Assembly: GCA_023920165.1 (NCBI GenBank)
Contig: CP089281.1
Span: 1,054,001-1,118,000, forward strand
DNA: 64,000 bases
Origin: Curvularia clavata
Taxonomy: Eukaryota
Direction: 5' to 3'
Part shown: piece by piece, positions 49,365 to 61,700 of the stretch
Numbering within the stretch: the stretch's first letter is position 1
Layout of the letters: every line of letters starts with the position of its first letter
Translations under genes and position numbers: made by a program
Notes under the pieces: model-generated
Told to the model about the DNA's origin: nothing
What the model saw: only the letters and a program-made list of their open reading frames with translations
Databases searched by the model: none

Positions 49365-50902
49365 TTAAAATACCGTTCCATCGCTCAGGATAATAATCGG
49401 ACTACTCTTCGTCTCCGGCCTCTTCATCTTCGCCACCTCTCTTCCAGACTTCCACGTTCCCGCCTCCAACAATTGCGCCATACTCAGCTCCACGCCCTCC
49501 ATGCGCTGCAACACAAGCTGATACAATTTATCTACCAGCACGAGCGTCATTGCACGCCACTCGACAATGACGTCATCTCCCGCACTAAAAGCAGGAAGAC
49601 CAGATCCGTCAGACGAGGCGCTGAGACCGCGCTCTAGCGACGCGGGCTTAAGACTCAGCACGCCAAGATCGACAAAGAGGCCGCCGTTGCGGTATTCAGG
49701 CAATGCGGTGAGAGAAGACGCGTTGGTCCATTGGAGAGAGAGGACGCGTGTAAAGGGGACCATCAGGGAGTAGGCGAGCCATTGGGTTAGCTTGTGGAAG
49801 GGTTGGATGAAGGCGGTTTCATCGTCAGCATTTGATGATGAGGCTTGGGTTTTGAGGGTGGATAGGGGCCACGCGTCGCCAAGGGGTTGGCCGCTAATGT
49901 TTGTGCGGTCTTGAGGCCAGATGGGGATGAGCAGGGTTTGTAGAATGTCCCAGAAGATGAGCATGTCGAGGGTTGAAGAAGAGGAGCTGTTTTTCATGAA
50001 GTCTGTAGTTGGGGATTTGCGTAAGTACACTACGATGAGTTTTATAAAGGGATGGAGGCTTACCGACGACATTTCCAGGCCGACCTTCCTTGCCAAAGAC
50101 ATCAGGATGCGAAAGCAGTGATTTCCCCAGACTGCGAAGCAGATTGGCGCGTGACTCTACACCCAGCATGGGATTCTTCTCCGTGATCTGAAATCCTTCT
50201 GCTAGTGCTTCCGTCTTGAGATCTTGCAAGCCTCGTCCTGCAGAACACGTGAACTTGTCAGCAAAATCTCCCATACCAAGCGAACAAGCGAACAAAAAAG
50301 TAAACATAGTAACCCACCATCCACAATCGGCCCCCTCTTCTCATCTTTCTGCGCTGCAAAGCTCAGATTCTTAAACATATACAAACTCGCCACAGCAATT
50401 CCCTCGCTTCTCTCATACTCTTGCTGCGTCCCCGGCTCAACATACCGCCAGTGATCGCCCGCGCCAGCATCCAACAGCACCGAGACGAAGAATAAATCAA
50501 TCAGTCTGCGCGTCGTCTCCAGGTCATCACAGCCCGACTGCTTCCACTCGTCGAGAAGCGTAGCTACGCGTGGTACATTGCCGACTTCAAAGTGCTGCCA
50601 GCGGCCGTGTGGTGGGATGGTGTGGAATTTGTCAGGGCCGTAGTCTCGCTTTTGAGATGGTACAAAATTACCGCATCAGCAACATATCATGGAAATTTAC
50701 AACAATATTGCAAAGAGTAATTGAGAGCATTTTCTGTCAAACGAACCTTAATAACAGACGTCACGAAATCCGCTGCCTCGCCCAGTTTCTCCTCGTGCAC
50801 GTCAAAATGGCTCAGTTTGCCTGCTTCCGCTGCTTCGCCGACAATCTTTGCTCGCTCGCGGACGGCACGAAGGGAGAGGAGGTATTTTACTTTGTCGTCC
50901 AT
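49365..50902 (-). CDS. URC4: DUF1688 protein, uracil catabolism protein 4 / Urg3-like (multi-exon)
   Basis: YLLSLRAVRER, IPPHGRWQHF, SVLLDAGAG, RSEGIAVASL, LGDAWP, PFHKLTQWLAYSL, LPEYRNGGL, VEWRA, LEAGTWKSGR, SDGTVF*. Confidence 0.92.
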
Positions 50903-52020
50903 TTTAAATCTGAAAGGAATGCAGTTTTCGGAGGAGAGAAGAACAGACGGGAATCGTTGACGTTTGACGTTGGAGAAGTGCGGTGTTGTTGAAGGTAGCA
51001 AGTGGGGTTTAGCGTCGGAGTATAGCTCAATCAACTAGCCTGAATTAGGTAGCTAAACTTACAAGAACCCACTTTTACGGACGCTGCTCGTGACCGTGAT
51101 AAGACGAATATCGGCGGCTGCCGATGCGTTGTCGTGTGTGAGCTGCCAACGCAAGATCCGACTGTTGTTCTTGGCATCAAGCAGAGCAGTCTCCACGTGT
51201 CCTTGCGCCACAGAACATCGACTAAGGAATGCTGAAGTGTATGAGCTGAGACATGGAGAATATACATTTCATTACAGAGAGTTAATCGTCAGTTTGCGGA
51301 GCGGTACCGTTGAGCTCAGGATAGCAGTCACTTGCAACCTCTCCCAGGACAAGAGTAGGGAAGAGTCGACCCGCCACCCAAATTCCACCACTTCAACTGT
51401 ACAACACCATTCTCCGCCACCCCCCTATGCTGACCCACGTCCGATATCTTCTACTCGTAAAAAAAACGAAAGTCGCGTAAACATGTGCGACTTTTTCTTG
51501 CCGCAAACAGAACAATACGACTAGCTCTCCCTCAACACGGAGGCCAAAAGGAAAACACGACAAAAGGAATACAAGCGGCTATTGCCTCGAACAAAGCATG
51601 CGGCGCAGATAAAGCGCCACCCACCGAGATGAAGGAGACTGACAAAGGAGCATACAAGCAGAAATAAGGATGAGTGAAGGTGCCCAGAGACAAGCGGGAA
51701 AAATGCTGTGCCAAAAATACACGCGCCGAATCGGGACGCGGACAAGGATCCACCGAAGAAAAAACACCCGAAGGTAGACCAAGGGAAGCCCGGAGATAAG
51801 TGGTGCTATCCGTACTTACTGCTAGCACCTGCCACATCGCGCGTAAGAGGTATCATAGCCCGCAATTGCCAGAGATGAAGAAAACCCAAAAGCAAGTGCT
51901 GCAGAGACCAAGAACTGCTTTTGAAATGGTATGTTGAGACTAAAGAAAATACCGTGGTTCGGATGCGGCGTTTGTCATTAATGTTAGGGTCAATAGAGGC
52001 GTAGAAAAATAATGCTGAAA

Positions 52021-55000
52021 TCAATCATCGCTGTTGAGTGATCGGCCGGGGTCGCTAGTCTGAGGAGTTCGCAGCTGTGAAGAGCTGCTGAAACTAGACA
52101 GCTGCTTCTCTGGTTCCCTTTGGCTGTTTGGCTTTCGCTTGAAGAAGCTCATGATTTTTCCCGTTGTTGTTGTTGTTTTTCTGCCAGGGCTAGAACAAGT
52201 GGGCGACACAGTAGGCGAATCGGCATTTGGAGGGGCCAGAGATTCCGGAGTGGACTCCTTTACTGGTACGCGTACATCTGTGTCACCGTTCCTGGCATCC
52301 CGGTTGTGTCGTCGTCGTGAGCCCATTTGTCGCCACCAGCTTGAGTCACGTGACACATCGGAAGGTGCTGTATTGCCGTCTGCGCTCAGCTTGTGGTTCG
52401 AGTCCCACGGCTGCAGCTTCGAGTCATCAAGATTTCCGTTCTCGCTGTGGGACAGATCAACTTGGGAGTGGCTCTGAGGAGAGGGTTGCTTTATTGGATA
52501 GGGATCGAGGGCTTTCAGACGTTAGCTTCTGTACCTTGGTATGTCCAAAGTGATGTTGTAAACTCACCTTGGCTGCGTCTAGCATGTGACGGGGCCGTGA
52601 CAGGTCTGCCACTGTCCCTGTCCTTTCTCATTGAAGTGGGGCTTGTCAACGTATCCTTGCGATCCGCCTTTGAACGATCCTCCGGACTGGGCATCTGCCC
52701 TTTCGAAGCCTGTTCGGACGCGTTTGGCGTTTGGGTAACCAAAATTGCTGTGAGACTTGGGTCCCTACTTCCTCGTCTCGATGAGGTGGCATTCTCGCTA
52801 GAACCCATGGCTCTTTGCCCCGGCACAGGGGTAGTCGACGATCGCCGCGAACTTTTATCAATGATGGAGGACCTTCTGGAGTCTGATGTCCCAGAAATTG
52901 GCTGTATCGAGCCAGTGGACCCTCGGCGAGCCGCTTCTTCAGGAGAGATGGTCTTGATGGCGCTCAGAGGTATCTTGATGGGTGGCTTGTTCGGTCCTCC
53001 AGAAAACGGACTTGGGGTTGGATCAACAGCAAATCCTGACGTGAGCAGCCCAAGGTTCATATTCTTGTTCTTCCTCTTCTTTTGTCGCTCCTCGTCTATT
53101 CTGTTCTCCCAGATGGCCTTGTTGGTCAAAATCTCGTCGACTGCAAATTGCATGGCGGGTAGGATATCCGTGACGGCTTCGAATAGTGGCCTAGCGAATA
53201 TGTTCATAAAGCCAATCTGCGATTCTGCGAGCTTAACGATATCTTCGCGGACCGGCGGCCCTCCAAAGAGACACGAAGGCATCTCCAGTTCTGCTTCCAT
53301 AAGCCCTTGATTGCTGAACTCATCCGTAAGAATGTTAGCCCACTTGGCGGCGGTGTCAAACTTTCGCGCCTATTAAAAAAATGTTGATTAGCACAATGCC
53401 CTACACGGGCTACGCTAAATGACTCACCACATTACAAATGTCGGCACATTTTATGAGCAGACCACAAGTCAGGTCTTTTTGCTCTTCTTGAACCTTTGCA
53501 CTCCACCCGTCTACCATTCCTTGGTCATGCGCAACTTTTTGCTGTAGATTTCCCAAATCGCTCATGTACTTGAAATGAAGACCCATGTCGGTTGCAAGGA
53601 TGTTGTTGATCATCAGCTTACGCATCGCGGTATCAGAAAATGCCTTTGGCCAGTATCGTCGCAGGATCTGGGAATAAGCAGCGCAATGGAAGGACTCTAG
53701 AACAGAGCGGTCGTTATATAGCTGGGCCAGGGGCGCATTTAGTGCGACGAGGAACGCGTTGTTGACACCCGGGTGGCCAACGTCGTGTCCAATGGCCGAA
53801 ATCAGTAGCGTGAGTGCATCGAACGGCTTGAGAAGTTGGGCGATTGGCGATTTGGGTGCGGAAACGTTACGCGCGTCGGGCGGATACGTAGGCAGGGTAC
53901 CTATTCGGACGAGGAAATGGAAAAGGGCTTGGAGGACATCGACAACATGGCGGAAGTTGTGGTACTTGACAAACTCGTTGTATGCCGTGCGACTGGCCAA
54001 GAGGAAGACAATCATCTCATCTAGAAAGTTTGTTAGCAGAAAAACGATCAGGTGGCCTGCGCTGCTTGCCTTCAGTGATTGCCCATCTCTCGAGCTCAGG
54101 CATTTGTAGTGCATGCTTGAGCATTACCAAAGCGCCATAGAGTAGTTCGTCGTCAGTGAAGTCATGCGCGGAGAAGGCCCAGGCGCCGACTGCGTCTTCA
54201 ACGAGTACCTTTCGGTCGTAGTCGAGATGAAAGTCCCTGCGATTATTAGCCATATCCCTCTATGTCGCAGCGTGTACGCACATAGAGTCAAGAGAATCTC
54301 CCACAGTCTCGGGATTGCAGATGCCGGTCATCAGGTTCGACACCATAGCCTCGCGCAGATAGGCATAGGGTTTCGCGTCGTCGACGCCGACCCAAGACAG
54401 CTTCCGGTTCCGCTTAGTGGCCAGAAAACTGGCTTCTTCCCGGTTAAATTCTTTCTGCAACCGATAGGCATGGACAGCGAGTCCCAGCATGCGGTCTCTT
54501 GACATGGGACTTGTCAGTACATCGACAGCGCCGGCATCGAGATAACGGGTTAGCCGGACCGTGTCGCCGAGCGGAAACGACATGTGGAGACCAGGCGAAG
54601 GCAGTGGACCCGACGATGATGGCTCCTCTTGCTTGACGCCTGACAGCATGACTACAGGCACGATGAGCTTTGAAAAGTTTCGCGACGAAATTTCGGAGGA
54701 GATGTGGGTAAGTAGGTGCATGGCGTAAATGTCGTCAGGTTCGCCAGTATCCATACGGTTCATACGCGACGAGGTGGGCGAAGGCGTGCGCGGCTCACGA
54801 GACAGACGTTTCATGCGCTGCTCTTCGTCGTAGGGGATATCTATTATGACAAAGGTAGGAACGCCGCTCTTTGTGTCATCGAGCAGCTGGCTGATCTTTT
54901 GCAGACAGGCCCGGCCTGTGCTGCAGATGTGTACTAGACGACGAGGTTAGTAGGGTTTACGGCGCCGAGTGGGCGGCGCGCATCGTACCTTCGGTGGAGA

Positions 55001-55187
55001 TGGAGAGCATAGCTTCGACGTTGTTATGGACCTCACGAGGCGATGTCTTGCCCGTGGCAAAGTAGCTCTGGCCTACATTTCCGGTGCTCGTCCTGGCGAC
55101 AAGCGACTTGGACAGGTTCTCCTTGCGCACATGCTCGTCGTTGGCCCGGCGGTCGATGTATACTACATTACACGCGCCATGATCCAT
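52021..55187 (-). CDS. PDE2: High-affinity class I cAMP phosphodiesterase (PdeH/Pde2), about 6 exons
   Basis: YHNFRHVVDV, AIGHDVGHPGVNN, YNDRSVLESFH, ILATDM, IKCADICNV, QIGFMNIF. Confidence 0.95.
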
Positions 55188-56878
55188 TTTCTCCGCCTAT
55201 GTGCGGCGACCAGCCAGCACTGGTCTCCAGCGCAGAGGGGAGGGTGAAGTAGTGAAGTCGCAAAATGGGGTGTGGAGAGGCGAGCAGGTGGTGGGTCGCA
55301 GTGGGTCAGGAGTGAAGATGTTGGGACAGCGTCACGAACCAAGGGCTGAGGGGGGGTTGGCGGCAGCGTCGTCGTCGTCGTGGCAGCACAGTGGGCGCAG
55401 GAGAGATGCAAGTGATGCAAAAGGCTCTAGCAGCGTGGGGAATTGCAGAAACGAAATGGCGGCAACGCGCTTGTTGGGGCTCGATGCAGTCTGAAACGAC
55501 GACGTCGATGGGAAGCTCCAGGGATGCTAGTGAAGCTGCGAGCGCACACGACACTAGAGACGGCGACTGGTTTACGGCAAGACAAGAGGAAGGCAGGGAC
55601 GAGGCGAGCGACAACGGTGTAGGCGGCGGGCGACGCTGGCGCGGCAGGCGCGATGGCGGGCGGGTGCAGAGGGCGCGCCTGCCTCGATATCGTGGGCGTG
55701 TTGTTCGCTCTTGCCGTCCAGGTGCGGGCGGGACGAGAGGGCTCGCGTGTACTCGGCACAAGGGCGGTGCGGGCGGCGGATGGTGGAGAGCGAGGAGTAG
55801 GGGCAGTGTGAGAAGAAGCGCAGCGGCGTGTAGGTGGAAACGAGGGTGGTGGTCGTGGTCGTGGTGGGCGGTCGTGTGGATGCGACCGTGGTGGTTTGGA
55901 GCGGGCTGGAGAGACGCAGGGGCTTTTGGCTCAGCGTCAGAGTCGCATGCAGCGCACTCGCAGAAGGGGCTGCACTGTGAGCGGCATGGGGGTCGCGGGC
56001 GGATGGTGAGGAGGATGGGCGCAGGCGCAGGCGAGGGCGAGGGCGAGCTTGACGTGGGAGAGAGGGAGATGGGATAGGGTAGGGCTACTCGAGACGGAGC
56101 GAGCAGGGCGCGCCAGCCAGTCTCCACCCGCGCCTTCAGCACTGCACTACACATGTACCGCCGTCTTTCTAGAAGCCTGCCTGTCCGCTCGGAAGCTCCG
56201 CCGCGTCATGCCCCCGGCCAACCCCAATGTTTCAGCCCGAGCAGGCGTTTGTCTGCGTCGGCGCTGCCCTGCGCTGCCCGGCGCTGTCCTGCTATGCCCT
56301 GCCATGCCATGCCTCTCCCCTCTGGCGTCGCTCGCCCTGTGTCGCCCGCCGTTGTTGGCGCCGCCGTCGCCTTGTGCGCCAGCAGAGCCAGGGCGGCCAA
56401 CGGCACGCCCACCAGGGAGCCGCTCGCGCACGCTCGCGCAAGCTTGGCTGCAGGACGGCCCAAGTCCTGAAACGCATCCCCAGTACCCAGTCAGTACCCG
56501 TGGCCTCGTATCGTGTGTGTGTGGGTGCGGCACACACAGCACTCGACATGCTCCTTCTGCCTGCTCCCGCCTAGCCCCCCGCTGGCCCTACTGCTGCTAA
56601 TACCTGCACTGCCTTCTGCTACACTACAGCACCGCGCCCTCGGTCTGACATGTCCACCCCTTCCCGCGCCTCGCCACCACGCCCGTCGTCATCTCCCGCC
56701 AGCATCCCAGCCAGCGAAGCCTTCTGGAAAGTGGCGACTCGTGCGACCACGACAGAGCGCCCTCTGCCATTGTGGGGAGCGACAGACAACCCCCCTGTTC
56801 GGTCCGCTCTGCACGCGAAAGATGCTTGCTGATCAACGACTGCTGATCGCGAGCCTGAGTCGGAGCCCCTCCTAGCCC

Positions 56879-56908
56879 CAGCCATTCAGCCATTCATTCA
56901 GCCATTCA
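56879..56908 (+). repeat. Short tandem repeat (CAGCCATT)x3 with CATT insertion
   Basis: cagccattcagccattcattcagccattca read directly. Confidence 0.7.
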
Positions 56909-57014
56909 ACCCTCGAGCAACGGCCGCCATGGCATTAATTGTCAGGGCGCCTCCGCAATCGCTTTGTCCTCGCATTCATCCGCCCCTGCCCGTGGTTCGT
57001 CTGTACGCATAGTA

Positions 57015-58640
57015 CGCCATGTACGACATGCACTATTACATGGCCCTCGTCTGCCAGCCTTGCCCTCGTCCTTGCCCTCGCCCTCGTCGCCTGGCTAGCG
57101 CATCGCTCTAGCCACTAGGCCGGCATGTGCGCCTGCTCGATGCCGAAGCCTCGGCTTCGCTACACGTAAGCACACGCAGTGAGGTCACTCCACCGCTGCA
57201 CCCAGCGGCAACTACACTAACTCACACACACTAGCCAGGCATAAACCCCCCTCTTCACCTTTTGCCATTCGCCCTCTGCCTCCTAACCCTGTCCGGCATC
57301 TCGCTCTCGCCTTCATGCCACCCTTGCCCGCATCGCTAGCTGGCAAGATAAGACCTTGACAAGGCTGCTGATCTTACTTCTTGGTCAGCTGAAATCCGGG
57401 GTCGACGCCTGCCACACGCTCATCAACTGCATCACACAACCCTCCAAGCTCTCGTCCCGCCTGCTGCGCGACTCAGCCTATCCCCGCGCCAAGCCCACCG
57501 CTCTCACCCTCCAGCCAACAGGACAATTCTCGCCGTGGCGCCCTCATGTCAAATGACGCCCAACTGTGGATTCGCCATAGATTAGTATATTGCTCGACCA
57601 TGCCATTGGGACCACATACCCAATCGTCATGGAACAGACTGCTGGGTCGTGAGTGATGTCGACTGCAATCATTCAGGCAATACGCCCTCTACGTGCTAGT
57701 ACCACGGTCTCGATTCCTCTCCACGTCCACATCTACATCTGCATACACCCCTTTACCACCATCCTCATGCACCTAGACACAACTGATGCCTTGAATTTGC
57801 AATGTGCACACCTCTGCCTGGCATCCGCGTAATCTATGTAGCACGCATGTCAGCAGCCGATGACTTCCTTGTCATCACTCTTTGTAAGCTATTTGGGTGG
57901 CTTGCCTTCATACCATTTGCAGTACCAAATCTCCACATTGGCCGCCTATGATGGACAGACTTTCAAACGTGTAGGCCCAGGATTGAGCCCGGCGTTATGA
58001 CACTAGAAGCACCTGGGATCCAAAGACCCTATTCCCGCGCTCTCTCGTTCTATTGGTATACCTTCAACGATAAAAAAGAAATTTAGAAACAGCAGGGATG
58101 GCAACCTCACGCGCTCAGCTGGGGTCGGGCGTCCTTCCGAGCCCTCTGCACCGGGGTTGTGCACTTTCCACCCCCCAGGGACATGGGAAACAATGTCTTT
58201 GTTAGGGAGGAAAGCCAAAAAAGAAAACACTGGCACCTGTCACTTTTCCCTCGTGCCAAACTTATTCTCTAGTCCCGGCCCTTGACGCTACGTGCCGCAA
58301 CAGCGTTATCGTGAACCTAAATACCCAGCTAGGAAACTGACATGACGCGTTTCGCAAGTCAGTACCCATCTCAGCCCTTTGTCTTCATGTCATGTGTGGG
58401 GACAAGGCACTTGCTCGTTGGCCTGAGAATCATGTTCCAGTAAAGAACCCATGCCGCTGGCTTGAGCACACTGGGCCAAAGTTTGTTGGGGAGGCCTCTG
58501 CTTCCTGTTGAGAGTGAGTAGGATTCTTTCGCCTGTTGAGCTTTATACGACAGTGTTGACCGGTTCGTGTACCCGATGCCCCAGGATACTGTTCTGGTCA
58601 GCATGTCCCAACTCCAAAGACAAATCACGCCCATTTGTAA
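57015..58640 (+). ncRNA. Candidate long structured ncRNA, possibly telomerase RNA
   Basis: No credible ORF. Many stems pair fully only on the + strand through G-U pairs. CCTAACCCT at 57282-57290. Boundaries approximate. Confidence 0.4.
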
Positions 58641-58749
58641 AAGCAAAAAGACGTTATAAACGGGCTGAGCGTTTGGTGATTTCTTATTTCATATCCATCG
58701 GTGTACACTTATCATACAAGCCTCTCAATTAGGCTATCCTACAACGGCT

Positions 58750-61700
58750 TTACACTCCGCCCTGTTTCTCAACCACATGCGCACACCTGCCACAAACATC
58801 CTCCTTTTCTTCCTTGACAAAGCGCCAGCATCGCGGGCACTTTTCTCGGCTTGGAGGATGCACAAGCACTCTTGGTTTTCCAAGCAAAGTACTTACTCCC
58901 CCTTCTTCACTCACGACCACAGCCTCCTCTTCAGCCCACGCCCAGCTTTGCTTCATCTCCTCTGCGTCTTCCGTCACAAAGCCTAGCTGCGAACTCGAGC
59001 TCGAAGACGGAGCATCAGGCACCATGCGAATCCTCACTTCGCTGACTACGAACAAACCCGCCAACTGCTCCTCAATGTCTGTAGCCTGAAGACCAAGCGG
59101 ATGCATGGCCTTTGCAAACGACTCGCTAAAAGCCTCAATACTGTCTGCACCCAGGTAGACAGTCGCCGCGCACTCGAGACTCGATCCAATCTTCTTCTCC
59201 GCGCGAGCCCTCTCCTGAGCAATCTTGATGGCCGCACCTAACGCACCTACAACACCATTCATATGTTCCAGGTTCTTGGATTCCGCCTCAGCAAGCGGCG
59301 GAAGACGCGACCACACAGCCCGGGCAGGATGAATGCTGTTTTGCTTCAAGGCAGCCGGAACATGGTCCCAGACCTCTTCGACGAGCAACGGACACACAGG
59401 CGCCAACATCTGCAATAGCTCATAGAAAACAAGCCCCAGAACACGCTGTAGCGTCTGGCAATCAGACACGTCGCCCGTGTAGACTCTATCTTTAAGCGTT
59501 TCAAAGTAAAAGGCGCTCAGGTCCATGGATATGTACTTGTTGAGCGTGTTGATGGCCTTGAAAAACTCGTACTTTTCAAAGTGGCCGTGGGCTTCGCTGC
59601 TCACCTGCACCAGGCGGTGGACTGCTAGGCGATCGGCCAGGATACCAAAGTCAGCTGTGACAGGGACCAGATGGTTGAAGGATGTAAAGGGCGGTGGGCA
59701 CGAGGGCAGCGAAAAGATGCCCAGAAGCCATTTGAAAGTGACACGGTACTTGTGCAGGGCTTGGTTCACAGACATGAGCAGCGGCTGGCCAATGGTCACG
59801 TCGCGCATGTAGTCGCTGCTTGCAGCCCACAGACGCAGTGCATCGGCGCCCATGGCATCGTACGCTGGTGTGTGCTTTGCAGCTGCGTCTTGTTTGACGC
59901 CCTTTTGCTTCTTGCGCTTGACCGGCGGGAGCAGTTCGCCAGACATGATTTGAAATGGGGAGATGACGTTGCCGAGGGACTTGCTCATCTTGCGGCCCTC
60001 AGAGTCGAGCGTGAAGCCGTGCGTGATGAGCGTCTTGAAAGGTGCTTTGGCCATCCCGGTTGAGTAAGGCTGCGTAGCGACGTGAGTGAGGAGCGAGGAC
60101 TGGAACCAGCCGCGATGTTGATCGGTGCCTTCAAGGTAGACATCAGCTACAGGCTGGTCCTTGTGCTGTGGAAGAAGCGTCCAGCTGGTTCCGCTGTCAA
60201 ACCATACGTCCATGGTATCTCTGCCACGGACATAAGTGCCACTGAGGTGCTTGGGCTTCCAAGCTGGGTCGTCTGGCGCATCTGTCCACCAGGCGTTGAT
60301 GCCACGCTCCTTGATGACTTGAATAATGTGCTCGATGATTTCTGAATCCATGGTCGCTTCTAGTGTATCGCCTTCAACCTTGTACAGAGCAGGGATAGGC
60401 ACACCCCAGGCGCGCTGGCGCGAGATGCACCATTGACTGCGCCCTTGGATGAAGCTCTCCAAACGACTTCGACCGGATTCAGGTTTGAAGTTGACATTGG
60501 CGATTGCCTTCATCGAGGCGTCCTTGATGCCCTCGACGTTTGCGAACCACTGCTCTGTAGCGCGAGTGATGACGGGCTCTTTGGTTCTCCAGTCGATAGG
60601 GTACTTGTGCCGGTAATTCTGCTTCGCACGCAGCATACCTAATTTCTGCAGATAGTTGCACACGGCGTTGCTGCCTGATTTCTTGATATCAGTAACCGGT
60701 AAGCCTTCCAGCAAGTCTGGCTGCTCGGGGAAAGCATCTTTGGTAAAGGTACCAGCATCGTCTACAGGAGCAAAAGCCGGGATGTTCAGTGACATGCAGA
60801 CATTGTAGTCGTCCATGCCGTGACCAGGAGCGAGATGCACTAGGCCTGTACCTGACGAGTCTGTGACAAAGTCTGCGTGTATGATAGGTTGCAGTCCGTC
60901 CGCTTTCTGGAACGGATTTTTATATTGGACTTGATCAGCGATATCCGACCCACGCAGCTCTGATACAACAACCTCCAGCTTGCGCTCGAGAACCTTTTCA
61001 TACTCAGCTACTCGTGACGCGGCAATGAGAATCAGTTCATCGTTGTTTCCAGCATCCTTCACCACGCAATACCGCATATCACGGTGTACCGCAATCGCCT
61101 TGTTCGCAGGTAGAGTCCACGGCGTAGTCGTCCAAATAACAACACTGACCTCCTCGACACCCTTCAGCGCCCCATATCTCAGCGCTTCAGAGAGCCGCAC
61201 CGGATACCGCACAAACGCCGCTAGACTCTTATGCGCCTCATCATACTCGAGCTCCGCCTCCGCAAGCGCTGTCCTCGAACTTGGGCTCCAATACACGGGC
61301 TTGAACTGCCTGTAAATCAACCCTTTTTCAAACATCTTCTTAAACACCTCCAACTGTCTGAGCTCAAATCCGCGCTCCATAGTCTGATACGCATGATCCC
61401 AGTCGCCCATGACCGCCCATTCTTTAAACCCTTTCTTCTGCTCTTCAATCGTCGTCGTAGCCAGTTCCCGCGCCGCCTCACGCACGCTCACAGGATGCGT
61501 TTGCGCTGCATCTTTCTTCTGTGCTTGCAATGCCTTGACTTCAATCGGTAGGCCATGGCAGTCCCAACCAGGTATGTACGACACGGATTTCCCCTGCCCG
61601 ACTTCGAATCTGCATATCACGTCTTTTGTAATCTTGTTCAGCGCATGCCCAATGTGCAGTGGTCCGTTGGCATACGGCGGTCCGTCGTGCAGAGTGAAGC

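Noticed and set aside
52395..52405. Perfect B-box/T-loop GGTTCGAGTCC suggesting a tRNA
   Set aside because: No cloverleaf, acceptor stem or A-box. It lies antisense within the last PDE2 coding exon.
52393..53310. 305-aa + strand ORF
   Set aside because: Antisense shadow of PDE2 exons, with no recognisable motif.
55306..56893. Several 100-280 aa ORFs on both strands
   Set aside because: GC-rich low-complexity leader/promoter sequence that lacks stops by composition.
58065..58230. Two U-rich tracts on the minus strand resembling an ENE/MALAT1 triple-helix element
   Set aside because: No convincing flanking stems close a U-rich internal loop, and G-U asymmetry nearby favours the + strand.
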